This document shows positions 56,484-64,000 of a stretch of 64,000 nucleotides of DNA, piece after piece. Under the pieces are notes generated by a model. That model searched no databases. It had not been told where the DNA came from and was given only the letters and a program-made list of their open reading frames with translations. Every line of letters begins with the position of its first letter. The stretch's first letter is position 1. The stretch is from an uncultured delta proteobacterium (GTDB lineage: Bacteria; Myxococcota; Myxococcia; Myxococcales; Myxococcaceae), in the NCBI GenBank assembly GCA_963745475.1, contig CAVUXN010000004.1, positions 32,001 through 96,000 on the forward strand. Reading direction: 5' to 3'. The position numbers and the translations under genes were made by a program.

Positions 56484-57680
56484 ATGCGCCAGCCATCCAA
56501 AGCAAGAGCCGCCAGCGCCAAGCCGCGGCTCTTCGACGTCCACCTGCCCGCCCTCGCCCTTCAACGCGGGGGGACGGTGGAGCCGCACGTGGCCCGCGGC
56601 TTCTGGTGGGGCCCGGAGGGGGACCTTCCGGGCTTGGAGGCACGCACCCATTTCCTGTCCGACGCCGCGCTGGGCGCCGCTGAGGCCCAGGAGCCCGTGC
56701 ACAGGCGCGCCGCGCCTCGCTTCAGCGCGACGCGAAGCGCGCCTCCCATGGAAGAGGGCGTACCCACGGTGCTGGTGGTGCACGCCCTCACCGGAGATGC
56801 ACGTGCCGGCGGGCCAGGTGGCTGGTGGGAGCCCCTCATTGGCCCGGGCCGGGCACTGGACCCGGCTGACGTCCGCGTCCTTTGCTTCAACAACCTCGGC
56901 TCCTGTTACGGGAGCTCTGGGCCGCTCGACGCGACGTTTCCCGAGGCGGCGGAACTCACTCCGTGGGATTTGGCCCGAGCGCTCCTCCTCGGGGTGGAGG
57001 CGCTGGGCATCGAGCGGCTGGCACTCGTCGGGGGTGGCTCGCTCGGCGGCATGGTGTCCTTGTGCGTCGGTTCGCTCGGAGGCGCCCGGGTGGAACGGCT
57101 TCTACCGCTGGTTACCGCCGCCACCTCTTCGGCGTGGGTGGTGGCCTGGAACCATGTGCAGCGCGCCATTCTCAAACTGGACGCGGGCTGGCCGCACGAC
57201 GTCGGCCGCGGACTGGAAGTCGCTCGCCAAGTGGCGATGCTGACCTACCGGGCCGAGCCGGGTCTTGAGGCCAAGCAGGGCCGGAACACTCCGGGCGAGC
57301 CGGGTGTCCCCTTCCCTTTCCGCGTCCAGGGCTGGCTCGAGCACCAAGGCCAAAAGCTGCGTCGCCGCTTCGATGGGCGGGCCTACCTCCTACAGGCCGG
57401 CGCCATGGACCACCACGACTTGGGCAGCCCCCGCCTGGGCTAGGCGCGGGTCCCATTGTGGCCAGCAGCCTCGTGGTGGACGTGGACACCGACCAGCTTT
57501 TCACCACGGCTCAGGTGGACGCGTTGGCAGAGAGGCTCTCCGCTGACGGGGCGGCGCACGTCGAGCGGGCGACGCTGCACAGCCTGCACGGCCACGACGC
57601 TTTTCTCTTGGAGTGGGACGCACTCACCCAACTCTTCAAGCGCGCCCTGGCCCTTCCGCCCTGGCGGACGAGGCTTCTAA
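56484..57680 (+). CDS. metX: Homoserine O-acyltransferase (MetX family) with two apparent indels near 57430 and 57660
   Basis: HALTGD, GWWEPLIGPG, NNLGSCYGSSGP, GGSLGGM; catalytic D (DQLF) and HGHDAFL lie in a shifted frame; TAA at 57678-57680 abuts the next ATG. Confidence 0.85.
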
Positions 57681-60152
57681 ATGCCCTGGCACGTCTACAA
57701 ATTTGGTGGCTCCTCCCTCGCTGGCCAGGGGCGGCTCCTGCGCGTGGTGCAGCTCGTCGCCTCAGCGCCCCGTCCGCTGGCGTTGGTGGTGAGCGCGCTG
57801 GGGGACACCACCGACTGGCTGCTCGCGGCAGCCGCCGCAGCGGCGGCTGGGGACGAGGCCCGCGCTGTTGCGGAGGTCGCTCGCATTCGCGCGCTGGCGG
57901 ATGAGACGGCCCGGCAGGCCCTGCCGGAGTTGCCCGGCCTGGGCGAGGCGGTGGAGGGCGTCCTTGGCCCGCTGGCGCAGTTGCTTCAAGGCATCCGACT
58001 CACCGGGGAGTGCACCCCCAGCGCCCGAGACGTCGTCCTCTCGGCCGGGGAGCGCATCGCCGCGGTGGTGGTGGCTGCCGCGCTCTCCGCCCGAGGGCAC
58101 CGGGCACTGGCCGTCGACGCCTCCACTTTCATCGTCACCGACGAGACAGCGGGCGCGGCCACGGTGGACGTGGAAGCCACGCGGGAACGTCTGGCCCCCC
58201 TCGCCCTCGGGTGGAATGGCGACATTCCCGTCGTCACCGGCTTCATCGGCCGTTCGCGGGAAGGCCGGGTGACGACACTGGGGCGCAATGGCTCGGACTA
58301 TACCGCCACCGTCCTCGGGCAGACGCTGGGAGCACGCGAGGTGACGGTGTGGACGGATGTCCCGGGCGTCATGACGGCAGACCCCCAACTCGTCACCGAG
58401 GCCTACTCGGTGCCGCAGCTGAGTTACCACGAGGCGCTGGAGCTCGCGCATTTCGGCACGCGCATGTTTCACCCGCGGACCTTCCTGCCGCTCCTCGAGT
58501 CCGGTGCGCGCCTACGCATTCGCAACACCGCGGACCCGGAGGGTGCGGGCACGTCCATCGACGGCTCGGGAAATGCGGACCCGCGACGGCCGACATGCGT
58601 TACGAGTCTCGAGCGCCTCGCCCTATTGGGAGTCGAGTCGCGACGCTCGGCATGGCCCGAGCCCATCGCCGCCCGGGTGCTGGAGGTGCTGGAAGTGGCA
58701 CGTGTCACCGTGTGGATGGCCACCCAGGCAGCCCACGGCCGCTCCGTGGCGCTGGTGGTCCCGGAAGCGGAGGCCCAGCGCGCCTACGTCGCCCTGGAGG
58801 AAACGCTGGCGCTCGAGCTCAAGCGGCAGGAGGTGGAGCTGCGTGCGCCGTTGGCGCCCGTTTCCCTGTTGACGCTCGTGGCCGAAGCCATGGGGCACCG
58901 TCCCAACGTGGCCGGGCGCTTCTTCGCAGCGCTGGGCAATGTGGGCGTCAACGTACGCGCCATCGCCCAGGGCGCGAGCAGCCGCAGCATTTCTTGCGTG
59001 GTGGACGGAGCAGACACCACCCTCGCCGTGCGCACCGTCCACGCGGCCTTCAACCTCGCGGGCACGGAGACGTCCGTCCTGCTTCTTGGCCGAGGCACGG
59101 TGGGGGGACGACTCTTGGGCCAACTCGAGACCAACGGCCCGCTCTTGCGTGAGCGCCACCACATCGACGTTCGGCTGGTGGGAATGGTGGACCGCCATGT
59201 GAGGCTCTGGGAGCCGAAAGGGCTTCACCCCGGAGGGCTGCCCCCGAGGGCCACCGGTCCGGTGCCGGACGCAGGTCCGGACGTCCTGCCCTTCTTGGAC
59301 GCCTTGTCCCGCCTCCCCGTTCCCATTCTGGTGGACTGCACCGCTGCCGAGGGCATGGAGTCCTTGTACCGCGAGGCTTTCCGCCGCGGCATTCACGTGG
59401 TGGCGGCCAACAAGAAGCCGCTCGCATTGCCCTTCGCCGAGCGCGAAGCGCTCCTCAAGGAGGCACGTGCCCACCACCGGGCCTACCTCTACGAGACAAC
59501 GGTCGGCGCCAGTCTCCCGGTCATCGAGACGCTCAAAAACCTCGTCCGCACCGGAGACCGGGTCGAGCGGATTGATGGAAGCCTTTCGGGCACCTTGGGC
59601 TTCCTCAGCCACGCCGTCATGTCCGGCGAGGCACTGTCGCGCGCCGTCCGTACCGCGCGGGACCGCGGCTACACCGAGCCCCACCCGAGGGATGACTTGT
59701 CCGGACTGGATGTCGCGCGTAAGGCGCTCATCCTCGCGCGGGAGCTCGGCCTGCGCGTGGAGCTGGAAGACGTCGCGGTGGAACCCTTCGTCCCCCGGGA
59801 AGCCCTCGCCGAGGATGACCCCGAGACCTTTCTGCATTCGCTCAATGCGTTGGACGCCTCCTTTGCGGAGAGCATCCAGCGCTACCGCGCCGCAGGGAAG
59901 GTGCTGCGCTACCTCGTGCAAATTGTCCCCGACGCCGAGGACGGGCGCCAAGTGCGGGTGGGGCCGGTGGCGGTGGATGCCGACCATCCCGCCACTGGCC
60001 TCAAAGGCGCGGAAGCCCTCGTGGCCTTCACCACCGAGCGCTACCGGGACTACCCCCTCATCGTCCGCGGCGCAGGGGCGGGCGGGGACGTCACCGCCGC
60101 TGGCGTCCTGGCTGACGTCCTGCGGCTCGCGCAGGACATCCGAGGCCGCTGA
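57681..60152 (+). CDS. Bifunctional aspartate kinase / homoserine dehydrogenase (ThrA/MetL-type)
   Basis: KFGGSS, TTLGRNGSDY, WTDVPG, ACT domains, GRGTVG, AANKK, YETTVGASLP, GYTEPHPRDDLSG, GAGAG. Confidence 0.95.
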   Translation: MPWHVYKFGGSSLAGQGRLLRVVQLVASAPRPLALVVSALGDTTDWLLAAAAAAAAGDEARAVAEVARIRALADETARQALPELPGLGEAVEGVLGPLAQLLQGIRLTGECTPSARDVVLSAGERIAAVVVAAALSARGHRALAVDASTFIVTDETAGAATVDVEATRERLAPLALGWNGDIPVVTGFIGRSREGRVTTLGRNGSDYTATVLGQTLGAREVTVWTDVPGVMTADPQLVTEAYSVPQLSYHEALELAHFGTRMFHPRTFLPLLESGARLRIRNTADPEGAGTSIDGSGNADPRRPTCVTSLERLALLGVESRRSAWPEPIAARVLEVLEVARVTVWMATQAAHGRSVALVVPEAEAQRAYVALEETLALELKRQEVELRAPLAPVSLLTLVAEAMGHRPNVAGRFFAALGNVGVNVRAIAQGASSRSISCVVDGADTTLAVRTVHAAFNLAGTETSVLLLGRGTVGGRLLGQLETNGPLLRERHHIDVRLVGMVDRHVRLWEPKGLHPGGLPPRATGPVPDAGPDVLPFLDALSRLPVPILVDCTAAEGMESLYREAFRRGIHVVAANKKPLALPFAEREALLKEARAHHRAYLYETTVGASLPVIETLKNLVRTGDRVERIDGSLSGTLGFLSHAVMSGEALSRAVRTARDRGYTEPHPRDDLSGLDVARKALILARELGLRVELEDVAVEPFVPREALAEDDPETFLHSLNALDASFAESIQRYRAAGKVLRYLVQIVPDAEDGRQVRVGPVAVDADHPATGLKGAEALVAFTTERYRDYPLIVRGAGAGGDVTAAGVLADVLRLAQDIRGR

Positions 60153-60188
60153 ATGGACGTCTCACACACCTTGGGCCAGGAGGCCGTC

Positions 60189-61193
60189 ATGACTCGCCGT
60201 CTTCCGCTTTGCTTCGGGCTTCTCATGGGGCTCGTCGTTGCTGACGCTACACGCGCTGCGGAGCCTTTTCCCGAGGCCAGGCCGGCGGAAGTCCGTCTTG
60301 ACTGGGCCACCTACAACCCCAGCAGCCTCGTGCTGAAGAAATTCGGCTGGCTCGAGGAGGAGCTGGGCAAGGACGGAATTCGCGTCACCTGGCTTTACAG
60401 CGCTGGAAGCAACAAGGCCAACGAGGCACTGTCCAGCGGAAGCGCGGACCTCGCCTCCACCGCCGGAGCCGCTGCGCTCTTGGCACGCACCAACGGGGTG
60501 CCGCTGTATAGCGTGTACGTTTACTCGAAGCCGGAGTGGACGGCTCTGGTGGTGCCCAAAGGCTCGCCGCTGACCAGGGTGTCGCAGTTGAAGGGAAAGA
60601 AAATCGCCGCGACGCGCGGGACGGACCCCTTCTTCTTCCTCCTGCGGAGCCTCAAGGCAGCGGGCCTGAGCCAGTCCGAGGTGGAGATTGTCAACCTCCA
60701 GCACTCGGATGGACGGCTCGCGCTCGAGCGCGGCAACGTGGATGCGTGGGCGGGGCTGGACCCGCACATGGCAGCCGCCGAGCTCCGCGGCGGTGCGCGG
60801 CTCCTCTACCGCAACGTCGACTTCAACACCTACGGCACGCTGAATGCGCGGGAGGACTTCATCCGCAGGTACCCGGCCACCTTGAAGCGCATCTTGGCGC
60901 AGTACGAGCGCGCGAGGCTGTGGATATTGGCCCACCCCGACGAGGCTGTGGCCCTCCTCGCCGAGGCCGGGAAAATTGAAGTCGACGTCGCACGTCGACA
61001 ACTTTTGGAGCGCACTGGGCTCACCACCGACGTGGGCGCTCCGGGCGAGGCGTTGCGACAGGCGCTCGAAGCGGTGGTCCCCCTCCTCATCTCCGAAAAG
61101 CTGGTGGCGTCCGACGCGCACCCGGACTTGGCGCTGAAGCAGCTCCTCGAAACGCCCCACAACCCCGTCGGCGTCTTCCAAGCCTCCCACTGA
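60189..61193 (+). CDS. ssuA: Aliphatic-sulfonate-type ABC substrate-binding protein (SsuA-like)
   Basis: LDWATYNPSSLVLK, SAGSNKANE, PEWTALV, ATRGTDP and AWAGLDP motifs. Confidence 0.85.
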   Translation: MTRRLPLCFGLLMGLVVADATRAAEPFPEARPAEVRLDWATYNPSSLVLKKFGWLEEELGKDGIRVTWLYSAGSNKANEALSSGSADLASTAGAAALLARTNGVPLYSVYVYSKPEWTALVVPKGSPLTRVSQLKGKKIAATRGTDPFFFLLRSLKAAGLSQSEVEIVNLQHSDGRLALERGNVDAWAGLDPHMAAAELRGGARLLYRNVDFNTYGTLNAREDFIRRYPATLKRILAQYERARLWILAHPDEAVALLAEAGKIEVDVARRQLLERTGLTTDVGAPGEALRQALEAVVPLLISEKLVASDAHPDLALKQLLETPHNPVGVFQASH

Positions 61194-62032
61194 TGTCGAC
61201 CGGCGCCGATACGGTGCAGGCTTCAGTCGCTCGGCGACCACGCCTCGCCGTGGCAAGCCTTCGCACCGTCGGCAGGACGGTGCTCCCCTGGCTGCTTCCC
61301 TCGGCGCTCGGGTTGGCCTGGTTTTGGGCGACGGACGGCGCGCACCTCGTGCCCGCCCACCAGCTGCCCTCACCCAAAGCCGTCCTGCGGACGGCCGGGG
61401 ACCTTCTCCAGGGCGGTGAGCTTGCGCGCCACGTCGGTGCCAGCGTGCAGCGCGTGCTCCTTGGCTTCTCCCTCGGCGCGGCCGTGGCGGTGTTGCTGGC
61501 CACCGGAGTGGGCCTCTCGCGCACCACCGAGCGCGCCGTGGACCCCGCCCTCCAGGCCGTCCGCAATGTCCCTTCCTTGGCCTGGGTGCCGTTCCTCCTG
61601 TTGTGGATGGGCATAGACGAGCTGCCCAAAGTGACGCTGGTGGCCATCGGCGCCTTCTCCCCCGTCTATTTGAATCTCGTCGCCGGCATCCGCCAGACGG
61701 ACAGAAAGCTTGTCGAGCTGGGCCAGGTGCTGGAGTTGGGCGGGCTCCGGATGGTCCGCCACATCATCCTTCCAGCGGCGCTGCCCTCTCTGTTGACCGG
61801 CCTGCGCATCGGTCTCGGCCAAGCTTGGCTCTTCCTCGTAGCCGCAGAGCTCATCGCCTCCACCAAGGGCTTGGGTTTTCTACTCATCGACGGACAAAAC
61901 AGCGCCCGCGCGGACGTCATGCTGGTGGGCATTCTCCTCCTGGCCCTTCTGGGGAAGGGCTCGGACGCGGCGCTGCGGCTGGTTGAGCGGCGACTGCTTG
62001 TGTGGACAGACGGCTTCGGTGGACGCCCGTGA
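61193..62032 (+). CDS. ssuC: SsuC-like ABC permease
   Basis: LPSP, VPSLAWVP, ILPAALP and LVAAEL...GLG motifs. Confidence 0.88.
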   Translation: MSTGADTVQASVARRPRLAVASLRTVGRTVLPWLLPSALGLAWFWATDGAHLVPAHQLPSPKAVLRTAGDLLQGGELARHVGASVQRVLLGFSLGAAVAVLLATGVGLSRTTERAVDPALQAVRNVPSLAWVPFLLLWMGIDELPKVTLVAIGAFSPVYLNLVAGIRQTDRKLVELGQVLELGGLRMVRHIILPAALPSLLTGLRIGLGQAWLFLVAAELIASTKGLGFLLIDGQNSARADVMLVGILLLALLGKGSDAALRLVERRLLVWTDGFGGRP

Positions 62033-62817
62033 CGCCCGCCATCCAGGCGAAGGGTGTGTCCAAGCGCTACGCCGGTGGGCCCTGGGTGCTGCGCGCCCTG
62101 TCCCTCGAAGTGACCTCGGCCGAAATTGTCACCCTGCTTGGGCCGACGGGATGCGGAAAGTCCACCGTGCTACGCCTCTTGTCAGGCCTCGAGGGCGAGC
62201 ACGAAGGGAGGCTGCTCGTCCGCGGCGTGGAAGTCCGGGGCCCGACGCGCGCCGTGGGGATGATGTTTCAGGAGCCCCGGCTTCTCCCGTGGCGCACCGT
62301 CCGCGAAAACGTCGCCTTCGGGTTGCCCAAGGACTTGGACGTGGCCACGGGCCAGCAGCGCGTGGAGCAGCTTCTCTCGGAAGTGCAGCTGCTTTCTGCC
62401 GCCGAACAGCTGCCCAAGGAGCTCTCGGGGGGAATGGCCCAGCGGGCCGCGCTGGCGCGATGCCTCGCAGGCGCGCCGGAGGTGCTCCTTCTGGATGAGC
62501 CCTTCAGTGCCGTCGACGCGCTCACCCGCATGCATCTGCAGGAGCTCCTCCTTTCCATTTGGGAGCACACCCGCCTCACCATGCTGCTCGTCACCCACGA
62601 CATCGACGAGGCCCTCTTCCTCAGCGACCGGGTAGCGGTGCTGGGCGGCGCGCGGATTGAGGAAACGGTTTCCGTGGAGTTGGCCCGTCCGCGGGACCGC
62701 CGGGACACGGCGCTGGCGCCCCTCCGGGCGCACCTCCTCGAAGCGCTGAGGATGGCCGGGCGCGGCACCCCGGGGGTGGCGGCCCCGGCGCGGGCGGGCC
62801 TCATTGCTGGCTGGTGA
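62029..62817 (+). CDS. ssuB: SsuB-like ABC ATP-binding protein
   Basis: GPTGCGKST, FQEPRLLPW, LSGGMAQR, DEPFSAVD and VTHDIDEA motifs; GTGA overlap. Confidence 0.88.
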   Translation: MTPAIQAKGVSKRYAGGPWVLRALSLEVTSAEIVTLLGPTGCGKSTVLRLLSGLEGEHEGRLLVRGVEVRGPTRAVGMMFQEPRLLPWRTVRENVAFGLPKDLDVATGQQRVEQLLSEVQLLSAAEQLPKELSGGMAQRAALARCLAGAPEVLLLDEPFSAVDALTRMHLQELLLSIWEHTRLTMLLVTHDIDEALFLSDRVAVLGGARIEETVSVELARPRDRRDTALAPLRAHLLEALRMAGRGTPGVAAPARAGLIAGW

Positions 62818-63949
62818 CGAGGCCGTGGTCCTCTGAGCCCACGTCCGGGTCTGCACCGACGGTGAAGCGTCGCCGGCCAATTTCTCGCCCGTCCGGCGTC
62901 ACCACGCTCACCTCCCAGTCCCCGGGGCTCCAATTCTGCTTGTAGGCATAGCCGGCATACCCCTCCCGCTTGCCCCCGGTGACTTGAAGTGGCACCGCGT
63001 CGCTCGCCGCCCAGCCCGAGGGCTCGAGGTGCGCCCACCGCAGGCGCACCTCGTCGTGGAAGTTGCGGGGGGCAAAAATGTGTACGAAGCAGAAAATTCG
63101 GTCCCCCGGGCGGGCCAGGAATTCCTGCTCGTCCTTGGCCCAGAAGCGCCACCAGGGGGTGGGGTGGTGGCTCAAGGTGTACGTCGCTTGCGCCGGGTTC
63201 CGGACGACGCCGTGGTAAATGCCGATGTCCAAAAGCGACAGCGGCACCGGCGGCACCAGGTGACCGAGAAACAGCACCACCAGCACTGTCTGGACGCCCA
63301 AGGACGGAAGCAACGCTTCGCGGAAGACGCGGCGTCTGTCCTGGACGAAGCGCAGGTGGCCCCAGGCCAGCAACAACAGGGGGAAAAGCGAGGTCGCCAC
63401 GGCCAACAAAAACATCCACGGACGCAGGCGGCCAAAGAGTACCGGGTAGAGGTAAGCGAAGTAGCTGGTGAGGCAAAAGCTGTAGAGCCCGAAGAGCACC
63501 ACCGGGCCGAAGCGGCGGAATTGTGGAAGCTCGTTCACCAGCAGCAACAGGCAAATGGTGCCGAGGAAGAGGAACGCCGAAACCCCCGAGCCGCTCTTGA
63601 AGTAGAAAAGCGCGTAGGCGTTGAGGAGCGTCCCGAGCATGAAGTGCAAGACCGGCTGACTCCAACGCCAAACACCACGGAGAAGCCGCGGCGGTGTCAC
63701 GTCTCGGTGGTCCCAGGCATTGAGGCCAAAGAGGAGCAGGCCGACAACGGCGAGGTAGGCGGCTTGCTGGATGAGGACCGGCGCATCGTCGATGCGACGC
63801 ACCATGAGCGCATCGAAGGTGAACCCGGCGACAAAGAAGGCGATGTGCTCGGCGTGGGGGTGCCGACCGCGAAACGCGCCGAGCCGCTTCAGGAGCGACG
63901 GTGGAGAAGCCGGCGGGGCGGCGGCGGCTGTCTCGGAGGACGGTGTCAG
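62801..63949 (-). CDS. DUF2914-domain membrane protein; probably starts upstream of the ORF-track ATG at 63805
   Basis: YFKSGS, PPVPLSL, IFAP, GGKREGYAGY and PGDWEV motifs; frame open upstream through FFVAGFTFDALM to a CTG overlapping the previous stop. Confidence 0.75.
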   Translation of the reverse strand: MTPSSETAAAAPPASPPSLLKRLGAFRGRHPHAEHIAFFVAGFTFDALMVRRIDDAPVLIQQAAYLAVVGLLLFGLNAWDHRDVTPPRLLRGVWRWSQPVLHFMLGTLLNAYALFYFKSGSGVSAFLFLGTICLLLLVNELPQFRRFGPVVLFGLYSFCLTSYFAYLYPVLFGRLRPWMFLLAVATSLFPLLLLAWGHLRFVQDRRRVFREALLPSLGVQTVLVVLFLGHLVPPVPLSLLDIGIYHGVVRNPAQATYTLSHHPTPWWRFWAKDEQEFLARPGDRIFCFVHIFAPRNFHDEVRLRWAHLEPSGWAASDAVPLQVTGGKREGYAGYAYKQNWSPGDWEVSVVTPDGREIGRRRFTVGADPDVGSEDHGLVTSQQ

Positions 63950-64000
63950 CCAGCCACCATGGACTTCAATTCGCCGCGCTCCTCCAGCTCCCGGATGATG
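63946..64000 (-). CDS. 3' end of a probable monothiol glutaredoxin (gene starts outside the window)
   Basis: ...IIRELEERGELKSMVAG-stop resembles the DIxxExxxxGEL C-terminus of Grx4-family proteins; only 17 codons visible. Confidence 0.55.
   Translation of the reverse strand, partial: IIRELEERGELKSMVAG

Noticed and set aside
57441..57443. Stop-codon readthrough (for example pyrrolysine) at the TAG in metX
   Set aside because: The downstream catalytic segment is in a different frame, so readthrough would not restore it.
1..64000. Many long overlapping or antisense ORFs in the track (for example 7944-9599, 33324-35015, 37862-39670, 58623-59987)
   Set aside because: These are shadow ORFs expected in high-GC DNA, with no family motifs, lying opposite or over well-supported genes.
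1..64000. CRISPR array, tRNA/rRNA, IS element, integrase or prophage
   Set aside because: No regularly spaced repeats, cloverleaf-like segments, or transposase, integrase or phage motifs were seen by eye.

Overview
This is a high-GC chromosomal window, probably from a myxobacterium (Myxococcota; inferred from protein families and style, not tested). It holds about 70 genes and no rRNA, tRNA, CRISPR array or transposase that I could recognise. Main blocks: the 3' end of serA; a three-gene split-beta cobalt nitrile hydratase / thiocyanate hydrolase-like operon; a DUF3556 plus FAD oxidoreductase pair; M20 and paired M16 peptidases; an ECF sigma/anti-sigma pair; an RND pump; four fatty-acid desaturases; an orphan rpoZ; a lower-GC accessory patch (about 26.2-31.5 kb); a PHB-mobilisation cluster (bdhA, Liv-type ABC transporter, CoA-transferase, phasin-like gene, phaR, phaZ); MarR/TolC/MacAB; rsmE-pepP; and a metY-metX-thrA/metL-ssuACB operon. 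The two most interesting signals are tiny ORFs below the ORF-track cutoff. (1) A 35-aa Met/Cys-rich leader peptide (54881-54988) sits between a sigma70-like promoter and a terminator-like structure upstream of metY, making a candidate dual Met/Cys ribosome-mediated attenuator. (2) A 40-aa peptide (10823-10945, minus strand) has a signal-peptide-like leader and the core VCCPFCPHCPFCP, and heads the operon of an ECF sigma factor and a Cys-bearing membrane anti-sigma candidate. A third candidate is a small ribbon-helix-helix-like regulator with a perfect 10-bp inverted repeat heading a desaturase-lipase-desaturase operon. Single-base frameshifts in livG, pepP and metX look like sequencing or assembly errors. 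All family assignments come from motif recognition by eye; no database searches were run.
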